A stretch of 24,710 bases of DNA from positions 1 through 24,710 of IMG/VR virus record IMGVR_UViG_3300035139_000043, one strand, 5' to 3'. The position numbers were made by a program, and so were the translations under genes. Positions 17,114 to 24,574 of this stretch are shown in pieces. The notes beneath the pieces are model-generated. The model had not been told where the DNA came from, did no database searches, and was given only the letters and a program-made list of their open reading frames with translations. Position 1 is the stretch's first letter, and every line of letters starts with the position of its first letter. Source of the stretch: a virus (lineage: Duplodnaviria; Caudoviricetes).

Positions 17114-18868
17114 ATGGGCATTAAAATGTCTGGATTAGATGAACAATTAAATGTTAATGATGATGATATTTTTCATTTAAGAACATCTGGTGGATTAGAT
17201 AAAAAAATTACTGCACCCAATTTAAAAATAGGTTTAGATGTTGCTGGTAGGGTTGTCGGTCCTGCTGTAACATTAACTGGTGCTGTTAGTAGGGGTGATC
17301 CTATTTTTAGATTACATCAAAAATTTGGTACTGGTTCAGATTTTGCTTTTAGAACAATAATTCCTGGTGTAAATATTTTAGCTGGTCCTGATTATGGTGC
17401 ATCTGGTTTTTATATCGGTGCAGATTTTTATGCAGTTTGTTATATTGATGTTCCAACAGCAACATGGGAATATAAATTAAGAATTTATGAACATAATTTT
17501 AATCAAACAGCTTTTACTTTGCGTGGTTCTGGTGTTGATATTTTTACTGCTTCAAGTAATTATCCGTTTTTTATGGGTGGTGGTTATTTACGTGATGTAG
17601 ATTCAAATACAATTGAATTTTGTATTGTGATTGCAGAAGATTCTACAACATATAAAAGAATTTATACTTATCGTTTAAATAAAACAACTTATGTTGTAAC
17701 ACAAGTTGGTTCATTTCATGAAATGGATGATTATTGGTCAGCTTCAAATAATTCTTATGCACGAACAGCAGCAGATGGTTCAGAAGAATTATATTGTTTT
17801 TATAATATTGTAGCATCAAATAATAGATTTAGGGTTTATCATTCAAATAGGGATGGTACATATACTGAAAGGGGAACATTTTTACAGTATAGTGAATCCC
17901 ATAATTTTCAAGATTGTGGAATTCCATTTAAAGTTGATGGTAAATATATTTTCGGTTATTCCTATGGAGCAGCAAATATAATACAAACTGGTTATGATCC
18001 AATAACCTATGCTAAAACAGAACAAATAAAAGCGCCTATATTAAATTATTTTGGTACAAATCAATATCCAACAAAAACACATTTTAATACATCCCCAATA
18101 GGTTATGATTATTCAAATAGAACTGATGATTATGATTTTACTATTGCACGTACTTTTGGTAATGTAATTGGTCCTGGTTTGATTCTTTTAATTTATGCTG
18201 CTTCTGCTGTTGCAACTGATTCTGAAGCACCTTATTGGATGCAAGTTTTTAAATATGATGCAGTACTTGATTTTTGGCAACCTGCAAGTAATCCTGTATC
18301 AATTGCATCATTAACAGATAATGTTTCACAAGGAAATATTGCAAAAGTATTTTTATTGACAAACGGTTTAATTTTAATTGATTGGGTTGCATTTAGTTCT
18401 ATTGATACGGGTGCTGCTTCTGTACAAAACCGTGAAGCTTATGTTATGTCATTTCAAAATGGATTTTTGCAATTGATATGGAGGGGTTTAATTCGTGCAC
18501 CTTTGGATGGTTCACAAGCAAGGCGTGGTATTTCTGGTGATTTAACTTTTGATGGTAGATATTATGTTGCTGGAAATACTGGAAATGCGGATATACCTTT
18601 TCATGGTTTACTTTATATGTCAGAACTTTTAGGTTTTGCTGATCGTGATTATTCAATTAGTGAATCTGTAAATCCTGTTATTAAGGGTGCAATAACTGGA
18701 ATGTCAAATTTAATTGCTGGTGTTCCTTATGGATGGGATGTTAATATTGGAGCAATAAAACCATATTATACTGGTGGTTTAAATGTTGCAAAAGCAATTT
18801 CTGATTCTATTTTAGAAGTTGATGTACCAACTTCTAAATATGAATGGATTTGTATTGATGAAAGGTGA
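17114..18868 (+). CDS. Putative receptor-binding/fibre protein 1
   Basis: N-terminal anchor shared with 19024 and 19871; aromatic-rich beta body; C-terminal beta-tulip-like motif. Confidence 0.72.
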   Translation: MGIKMSGLDEQLNVNDDDIFHLRTSGGLDKKITAPNLKIGLDVAGRVVGPAVTLTGAVSRGDPIFRLHQKFGTGSDFAFRTIIPGVNILAGPDYGASGFYIGADFYAVCYIDVPTATWEYKLRIYEHNFNQTAFTLRGSGVDIFTASSNYPFFMGGGYLRDVDSNTIEFCIVIAEDSTTYKRIYTYRLNKTTYVVTQVGSFHEMDDYWSASNNSYARTAADGSEELYCFYNIVASNNRFRVYHSNRDGTYTERGTFLQYSESHNFQDCGIPFKVDGKYIFGYSYGAANIIQTGYDPITYAKTEQIKAPILNYFGTNQYPTKTHFNTSPIGYDYSNRTDDYDFTIARTFGNVIGPGLILLIYAASAVATDSEAPYWMQVFKYDAVLDFWQPASNPVSIASLTDNVSQGNIAKVFLLTNGLILIDWVAFSSIDTGAASVQNREAYVMSFQNGFLQLIWRGLIRAPLDGSQARRGISGDLTFDGRYYVAGNTGNADIPFHGLLYMSELLGFADRDYSISESVNPVIKGAITGMSNLIAGVPYGWDVNIGAIKPYYTGGLNVAKAISDSILEVDVPTSKYEWICIDER

Positions 18869-18872
18869 TTAA

Positions 18873-19031
18873 ATGAGCGGATTAACAAAAGATGAAGTTA
18901 TACCAAACTGTAGTGTTTGTGGAAATAGAGTTGATTTTGAATGTTATTTTAATTTTAATAAAATAAGAAGAATAAAAGATATAAAGAAAAAACCTACATG
19001 GTGCCCATTAAAGGAAAAAGAAAATGGCTAA
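18873..19031 (+). CDS. Small Cys-rich, probably Zn-binding protein, 52 aa (MSGLTKDEVIPNCSVCGNRVDFECYFNFNKIRRIKDIKKKPTWCPLKEKENG); not in the ORF track
   Basis: AAGGTGA SD; fills the intergenic gap; CxxC-x7-C...PxWCPL motif; overlaps the next start by 8 nt. Confidence 0.75.
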   Translation: MSGLTKDEVIPNCSVCGNRVDFECYFNFNKIRRIKDIKKKPTWCPLKEKENG

Positions 19032-19869
19032 ACAATTAGGTGATTTAACTGAAGCTTCTGCACTTTCAGCAGTAGATTTATTATTAGTTAGAAATTCTGC
19101 TGGTATTGATCAGAAAATACTTTTTAATAATTTAATTAAATCTTCACGTGTAACTGTTGCAAAAAGTTTTAATTTTTCTGTATTAAATACAGATGTTAAT
19201 TCAGTTTTTTTAATAACAACTGGTGCAACTGATAGAACTGCTGCTTTACAAGCTGCTGCGGAAAATGAAAATAAAATATATACTTTTATTAAAGCTGATT
19301 CAGGTATAGGTAAAGTAATTGTTGAACCACAAGGTTCTGAATTAGTTAATGGTACTTTAAATTGGGAAATTACTGATCAATATGGTTATGTTGTTATAAT
19401 TTCTGATGGTGTTGGTTGGTGGGTACTTGCAAATGAAGGTACTGTTTATGAAGATATTGTTACAACTGGAACACCTGCACAAACAAACCCTGTTTCTGGA
19501 ACATGGTATAATGTAGGTTCACAAAGTTTAACTGTACCTGCTGGTGTTTATATGGTAGAGTATAGTCAATATGCTGTTAGGCAACATGGAACAGCACAAG
19601 CAATAATTAATTTAGCTGTAACATTATCAAAAACTGCTGGTGCTGAAGATGATTTTAATTTTACCCAAAACTTTACTTTTTCAAATCCTGGTACAAACTT
19701 TTCGACAACAGTAAGTTTTGGTCAAATGTATCAAAAGAAATTAAAACAAATATTAACAGCAGCTACAACTTTTTATATAAATTTAAAAACTACTTCAGAT
19801 GGTGGTCAAGGATCAATATTTAAAACTAATTTAGCATCACAAATTATTAGAGCTACAAGGATAGGATAA
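19024..19869 (+). CDS. Putative fibre protein 2 (anchor, hinge domain, jelly-roll tip)
   Basis: Shared anchor; IKAD...V.VEP.G.E.VNG...YG.V.IISDG..W resembles T4 gp9/gp10/gp34-type modules; C-terminal SLTVPAGVYMV...IRATRIG. Confidence 0.72.
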   Translation: MAKQLGDLTEASALSAVDLLLVRNSAGIDQKILFNNLIKSSRVTVAKSFNFSVLNTDVNSVFLITTGATDRTAALQAAAENENKIYTFIKADSGIGKVIVEPQGSELVNGTLNWEITDQYGYVVIISDGVGWWVLANEGTVYEDIVTTGTPAQTNPVSGTWYNVGSQSLTVPAGVYMVEYSQYAVRQHGTAQAIINLAVTLSKTAGAEDDFNFTQNFTFSNPGTNFSTTVSFGQMYQKKLKQILTAATTFYINLKTTSDGGQGSIFKTNLASQIIRATRIG

Positions 19870-19870
19870 A

Positions 19871-21463
19871 ATGGCATTAAACATTTCAGATTTAGTTGCA
19901 GTAACAGAAATAAATGATACTGACATTTTACACCTTAGAACATCTGGTGGTTTGGATAGAAAAATAACAGGTGCAAATGTTAAATCAGTTTTAGTACCAA
20001 AGAATTCTAAAACTGTTACAATACAAGATAATATAAATGAAAATGAAATTGTTGTATTAGATTGGGGTGAAAGCTTATATAGAAAAGCAAGCACTTCATT
20101 TAATCCTTGGAATAGTTTTCAATTACTTACAACTGTAGCTGATCCACCTTTGGTAGCTTCTATATTTTTAGTACGTTTATCTCAAAATAGATATGCTTAT
20201 ATTTATGATACAACATCACCACCTGAATGTGGAATTTCTGTAATAACAACAAATGTAGATGGTACAATTAGTCAAGGTACAGTTCAAACATTTACAGATT
20301 TACAATCAGCAGCAGTAAGAAAAGTAATTCATGTTGATACAGATAAAATTGTTATACTTTATGAAGATGCAGCAGGTTCAGATTTATATGCACGTGCAGT
20401 TTCTTTTTCTGGATCAACTGTTACAATTGGTGCTGCAACATTATTGGATAGTGTTAATACTTCTTTTGATTTTAATGGTTGCAGAGTTAAAGCAGGATTT
20501 TTTGTTTATCATCATTCTGATACTGGTGATAATATTGGTCGTTTGCAACTTTGTTCTTTATCAGGTACTACAATTTCTAAAGTTGGAAGTGAATATAATA
20601 CTACAAAAGTAGTTGCTGGATTTGATGCTGATCATTTAGCAAATGTTAGAGATAATGTAATTGTTTATCAATATGAAGATAATGCAGGTACAGGTGCTTT
20701 TTTAAAATTATATCATATTAGTGATACTGGAACATTTACACCCTTTCAAGAAACAACACGTGAAATCTTTTTTCCTGATTCTGGATATGATACCCAAAAT
20801 ACAACTATGTTTGTTCGTAATTTATGGGAAGATTATTTTATTGTATTTCGTAGAGTACCTGTAGGAAATAGTGTTTTTGTTTTTCGTGTTCCTTTTGACG
20901 GTGATCCTGTTGCTGCTTCTTTAGATCAAGTACAATCGTATCATCCACGTGTTGTACACGAACAACTTTTTTATGGTGGTAATAATCTTAGTTCTATATT
21001 TTTAGAAACTACAACATATAAACCTGGTTTTTATTGTATGCAAGAAAACGGATTAGATACAAATATAATTTTTATTAGTAGAAAAGGCATTTTTGGTTTT
21101 ATTCCTGGTTGGGGTGAAGATAAATCTGGAAGATGGCAAGTTGCATGTACAGATAAATATCGTGGTTTATTTATTGGTAGTACTGTAGATACATCAGAAA
21201 TTTATGGCCGTACCTTTAGAGGGTTTCAAAAAGTTGTTGGTATTGCAACTGAATCTGTTGTTGCTGCACAAAGTTTAGAAGTACAATTTAAAGGAATTAA
21301 AAACGGTTTTACTGGATTAACACCTGAAGCTGATTATTATTTAAAAGAAGATGGTACTTTAGGTGCTGATGATGGTACTTTAGATAATATAGAAAGATTA
21401 GTTAAAATTGGTAAAGCAGTAAGTACAACAGAAATTGATATTAATATTGTTGAACCTTGGTAA
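19871..21463 (+). CDS. Putative receptor-binding/fibre protein 3 (beta-propeller-like body)
   Basis: Shared anchor; repeated blade-like units (DKIVILYED...LYARAVSFSGSTVTIG; FVYHHSD...LQLCSLSGTTISKVG); C-terminal GIATE...GLTP...YYL..DGTL...IGKAVSTTEI. Confidence 0.75.
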   Translation: MALNISDLVAVTEINDTDILHLRTSGGLDRKITGANVKSVLVPKNSKTVTIQDNINENEIVVLDWGESLYRKASTSFNPWNSFQLLTTVADPPLVASIFLVRLSQNRYAYIYDTTSPPECGISVITTNVDGTISQGTVQTFTDLQSAAVRKVIHVDTDKIVILYEDAAGSDLYARAVSFSGSTVTIGAATLLDSVNTSFDFNGCRVKAGFFVYHHSDTGDNIGRLQLCSLSGTTISKVGSEYNTTKVVAGFDADHLANVRDNVIVYQYEDNAGTGAFLKLYHISDTGTFTPFQETTREIFFPDSGYDTQNTTMFVRNLWEDYFIVFRRVPVGNSVFVFRVPFDGDPVAASLDQVQSYHPRVVHEQLFYGGNNLSSIFLETTTYKPGFYCMQENGLDTNIIFISRKGIFGFIPGWGEDKSGRWQVACTDKYRGLFIGSTVDTSEIYGRTFRGFQKVVGIATESVVAAQSLEVQFKGIKNGFTGLTPEADYYLKEDGTLGADDGTLDNIERLVKIGKAVSTTEIDINIVEPW

Positions 21464-21468
21464 ATTAA

Positions 21469-21774
21469 ATGGCAAAAGATAATACAGAACATCATACTTC
21501 AGGAGTTTATGAAAAATTCTGTAAACCACGATTTGAAGGAATAGAGGAAGATATAAAGGATACACAAACAACAGTTCATAGTATAGATAAAGTTGTGAAT
21601 GATGGATTAAAAGATAAAACAGAAAGATTAGAAAAACATAGCAATTGGATTATAGGTTTATTAATTAGCTTGTTATTTATAATTATTGCATCTACAATTG
21701 GATTATACGCAACAAATCAAAACAAAGTTGAACAGGTAAATGAAAAAGTAGAAAGGTTGCTAAATGATAATTAA
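21469..21774 (+). CDS. Putative holin/XhlA-like membrane protein
   Basis: Coiled-coil N-terminus plus one TM (WIIGLLISLLFIIIASTIGLY); first gene after the fibres. Confidence 0.6.
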   Translation: MAKDNTEHHTSGVYEKFCKPRFEGIEEDIKDTQTTVHSIDKVVNDGLKDKTERLEKHSNWIIGLLISLLFIIIASTIGLYATNQNKVEQVNEKVERLLNDN

Positions 21775-22246
21775 ACAATATAATACTGATCTTCACCCAT
21801 ATATTCAAACTGATGGTTGTTTATTTATGTCTTTACTTGATATTGCTTGTGATTATTGTAAAGCAAAATGTCAACCTGCTTTAAAAAGTGAATTGACAAT
21901 TGCAGAAGTAAATAAAATATATTGGTATGCAATACCCCAATTTATGCAAGATGGTAGACAAGCACAACAAAACAGATGCTATATTTTAAATCATGCAGAA
22001 ATTATTAGATTGGGTTTTTATATACTTGGAAAACGAAATATGTTTATACAGTACTTATATCGTGATGATTTTGATCCTTCAAAAAGTTTTGGAGAAATTA
22101 AGGGATGTAATTATTTTATAACTGAAATTCAATTACCTACTTTTAATCATTTCTATAGAAGTGATGCAGATGGAAATGTTTTATATAATCCTGGTAGAAG
22201 TTTTTCAAATAATATAGAAAGCACAAGAGGATATAAGATTGAATGA
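21764..22246 (+). CDS. DUF261-like papain/C39-type cysteine hydrolase, candidate endolysin
   Basis: IKQ...L...IQ..GC.F.SL, CYILNH..I, HF and LYNP resemble Borrelia DUF261 proteins as I recall them; residues Q5, C19, H129, N142; occupies the endolysin position. Confidence 0.65.
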   Translation: MIIKQYNTDLHPYIQTDGCLFMSLLDIACDYCKAKCQPALKSELTIAEVNKIYWYAIPQFMQDGRQAQQNRCYILNHAEIIRLGFYILGKRNMFIQYLYRDDFDPSKSFGEIKGCNYFITEIQLPTFNHFYRSDADGNVLYNPGRSFSNNIESTRGYKIE

Positions 22247-22649
22247 AAAAATTATACCTATCATTCTTATTATTCTTATTGCTGTTGCCTTGTTTATCGG
22301 CTACGGATTTGGAAAAAGAATTAGTAATAGAGAAATTAAATCAGCTAAAGATACAATTAGTGAACTTGAAAATACAATCGGAAAACTTAACACAACAATT
22401 ACAGCAGCAAAATCAGAATATAATGAACTTGAAAAGTTATATAGAGCAGATAGAGAATCAATTGAAAATCTCAAAAACGCAAATAGAGAACTTGGAACTA
22501 TCCTTGAACAACAAAGAAATATCATTAGAGAAATTGAAAAAAGAAATTCAGAAGTTGGAGAATCAAGTACAGGAATTACAAAAGGAATTGCAGAAGCTAT
22601 CACAACAGTTGATGCAATTATTAAAACAATCAAGAAAGGAGAAAATTAA
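22239..22649 (+). CDS. i-spanin-like protein (N-terminal TM plus coiled coil)
   Basis: TTG start 7 nt after AGAGGA; IIPIILIILIAVALFIGYGFG followed by about 105 aa of heptads; lysis context. Confidence 0.65.
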   Translation: MNEKIIPIILIILIAVALFIGYGFGKRISNREIKSAKDTISELENTIGKLNTTITAAKSEYNELEKLYRADRESIENLKNANRELGTILEQQRNIIREIEKRNSEVGESSTGITKGIAEAITTVDAIIKTIKKGEN

Positions 22650-22734
22650 AGTTGGTTTAATAGTTGGTGGTGTTTCGTTTTCAATCGGTGTAGGTACTGG
22701 ATTAATTTTATTTCAGTTACTAAGGAGTGATTAA
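22243..22734 (+). CDS. Overlapping spanin-partner-like protein (signal peptide, coiled coil, C-terminal Gly-rich TM)
   Basis: MKKLYLSFLLFLLLLPCLSA signal; L/Q/E heptads; VGLIVGGVSFSIGVGTGLILFQLL tail; +1 frame over 22239..22649. Confidence 0.65.
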   Translation: MKKLYLSFLLFLLLLPCLSATDLEKELVIEKLNQLKIQLVNLKIQSENLTQQLQQQNQNIMNLKSYIEQIENQLKISKTQIENLELSLNNKEISLEKLKKEIQKLENQVQELQKELQKLSQQLMQLLKQSRKEKIKVGLIVGGVSFSIGVGTGLILFQLLRSD

Positions 22735-22735
22735 A

Positions 22736-23098
22736 ATGGGTGAAAAGAGTTTACTAAAATCAAAAACCTTTTGGGGTATGATTGCAGCAATTATACTTGC
22801 AATTATATCGTGGATAACTGGACAACAAAGTTTACAAGCAGTAGTGCTTGAAATTGTTGGTGCAGTTGGTGTTATTTTTCTAAGATCAGAAATAGATAAC
22901 AATCTTAGAAATTTTTTCAACAAATTTAATTGGTTCACCAATAAAACCGTTTGGGTTGCTATTGCAGCAGCACTTGGGTTTGTAATTTCCTGGTTAGCAG
23001 GGGAAATTGAATTGTTGCAAATGTTAATTGGTGTAGTAACTGCAATTTCAGGTATCTTTCTTAGAAGTGCTGTAGAACCTGAAAACCCTGGTACATGA
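22736..23098 (+). CDS. Holin-like membrane protein made of two tandem repeats (about 4 TM)
   Basis: AAGGAG 22722-22727 favours ATG 22736; two copies of KT(F/V)W..IAA....ISW..G.......V.A...IFLRS. Confidence 0.7.
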   Translation: MGEKSLLKSKTFWGMIAAIILAIISWITGQQSLQAVVLEIVGAVGVIFLRSEIDNNLRNFFNKFNWFTNKTVWVAIAAALGFVISWLAGEIELLQMLIGVVTAISGIFLRSAVEPENPGT

Positions 23099-23137
23099 TA
23101 AAAAAAGTACATCATTAAATTTTAAGGAGTAAAAAGA

Positions 23138-23839
23138 ATGATCAGAAGTAAATCAATTATGAAAGGTGTTGTTAGAGCAAAAGTAATTTCCCTTGATCCT
23201 GTTGGAATTGAAAAACTTGAAGCACTAAGAATTCAATTCCCTGAAAGAAAACAAAATCCAGATTATTTTATTGCACGTGATGCAATCTATAAAGAACATA
23301 GTTTTAGAAAGAAAAGAACAACTTGGAATTTTAAAGTATTTACAACTATGGTTGCTTGTGCAATTAGAAAAAATTTCCGTGAAGCTTTTGAAGTATTAAA
23401 ATTTGAAACTGCTGTAAACCACAACATAGTTACCGATGAAGGGGATGCACTGGTTGCTGATAATATGGCAAATACCCCTGCACGAACTAAAGTTGATCAA
23501 ACAAATGGACACATTACAGTTGGTACAGGGTGGACAGGAACAACCCCAAAACAAAATACAGCAGTAAATACACCTACTGGTTCACCTGAAGTAATGGATA
23601 CAGGTTATCCAGTACTTAAAGGAACATGGGGAAATACAGATGATAATGTTGTACAGTATCGTGCAACTTTTGAAGCTGGTGATTTAAACCAAACTGGAAT
23701 TGATGAAGCTGGTTTAGGAAATAATGCAGTTGAAGCTTCAGGTGATAATTTGGCATATGGTCAAATTACACCTTCAGTTGATGTTGCTTCAACAGATACT
23801 TTGCAGGTGGATTGGGAAATAACTTTTTTGGGTGCATAA
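23138..23839 (+). CDS. Virion structural protein (collar/fibre-attachment-like)
   Basis: NIVTDEG...VGTG...VQYRATF.AG...I.EAGL.N....G....DTLQVDWEITF is a widespread phage structural pattern; capsid-type RBS. Confidence 0.65.
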   Translation: MIRSKSIMKGVVRAKVISLDPVGIEKLEALRIQFPERKQNPDYFIARDAIYKEHSFRKKRTTWNFKVFTTMVACAIRKNFREAFEVLKFETAVNHNIVTDEGDALVADNMANTPARTKVDQTNGHITVGTGWTGTTPKQNTAVNTPTGSPEVMDTGYPVLKGTWGNTDDNVVQYRATFEAGDLNQTGIDEAGLGNNAVEASGDNLAYGQITPSVDVASTDTLQVDWEITFLGA

Positions 23840-23843
23840 ATTA

Positions 23844-24245
23844 ATGGCAACTTTTATTGTCAGATGGGAATCATCCTGGATGGAATTAGCTGATCGCACT
23901 GATTGGGGTGTAGGTAAATTAAAACAGTATGATCAGCGATACATTCAGGGTGATCCTGTTTCTGTTGTAGCTGATGGGGTTTTATTTGATCCTTTAACAG
24001 AAACTTGGTTACAAGAAATAACAAATCCTAAATGTGTTGGTGTACACGTTTATGATTTATCATTAGCTGAAGCAGAAGCATTTTTAGTTGCTTATCGTTC
24101 AGGTGAAACTATAATATTTAAAAGGAAATATACAATTGATAAATTAAATTTACCTACACCTTTAGTTGATAGAATTGAAGCAGAAAGAAAAGTTGAAGTA
24201 ACAAGGGATCAATTTAATGCAGCTATAAAAGATAAAAGTGTATGA
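23844..24245 (+). CDS. Hypothetical protein, possibly a fibre-associated chaperone
   Basis: ATG 23844, 4 nt after the upstream stop (preferred over GTG 23832); ATGA coupling to the next gene. Confidence 0.55.
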   Translation: MATFIVRWESSWMELADRTDWGVGKLKQYDQRYIQGDPVSVVADGVLFDPLTETWLQEITNPKCVGVHVYDLSLAEAEAFLVAYRSGETIIFKRKYTIDKLNLPTPLVDRIEAERKVEVTRDQFNAAIKDKSV

Positions 24246-24574
24246 ATAAAAAAAGAAAGGTTTCTATTCTAAGTGATTTAATATCTGGTGAATTAAATAG
24301 AAGAAACCTTTGGTTATTTGCTGGTATTGAACCAATTGGATTTTTTAAACAAGAAAATCAGAAATGGTATATTAAAATTAATGGTTGTTCATCTTGTGGA
24401 AAATGTTGTATTGATGCAAATGTTTTTAATACAGGAAGATGTAAATATTTAAAACAGGTTTCTAAAATTACAACTGAATGTGAATTAAAATTAAATCGTC
24501 CTTTTAACTGTTCAACAGATGATGGTAGAAATAGCATCCCTGAATGTACAGTTAAATATAAAAAGGTGGAATAA
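24242..24574 (+). CDS. CxxCxxCC (YkgJ/FliB-like) Zn or Fe-S cluster protein
   Basis: CSSCGKCC...CKYL...C....NRPFNC...C, eight Cys in total. Confidence 0.75.
   Translation: MNKKRKVSILSDLISGELNRRNLWLFAGIEPIGFFKQENQKWYIKINGCSSCGKCCIDANVFNTGRCKYLKQVSKITTECELKLNRPFNCSTDDGRNSIPECTVKYKKVE

Noticed and set aside
13277-18656. Minus-strand ORFs 13277..13678, 13470..13787, 13982..14209, 15511..15711, 16936..17121, 18444..18656
   Set aside because: Antisense to TMP, Dit, Tal and fibre genes; consistent with chance open frames.
19837-20612. ORFs 19837..20094(-) and 20331..20612(+)
   Set aside because: The L/I/Q-rich alternate-frame product is what T/A-ending codons of the main frame generate; no SD.
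17114-21463. Diversity-generating retroelement or invertible fibre cassette
   Set aside because: No reverse transcriptase, recombinase, TR/VR pair or inverted fibre fragments seen in the window; one elsewhere in the genome cannot be excluded.
22301-23115. Minus-strand ORFs 22301..22633 and 22720..23115
   Set aside because: By-products of the constrained dual-coded and hydrophobic + strand genes; no promoter or SD seen.
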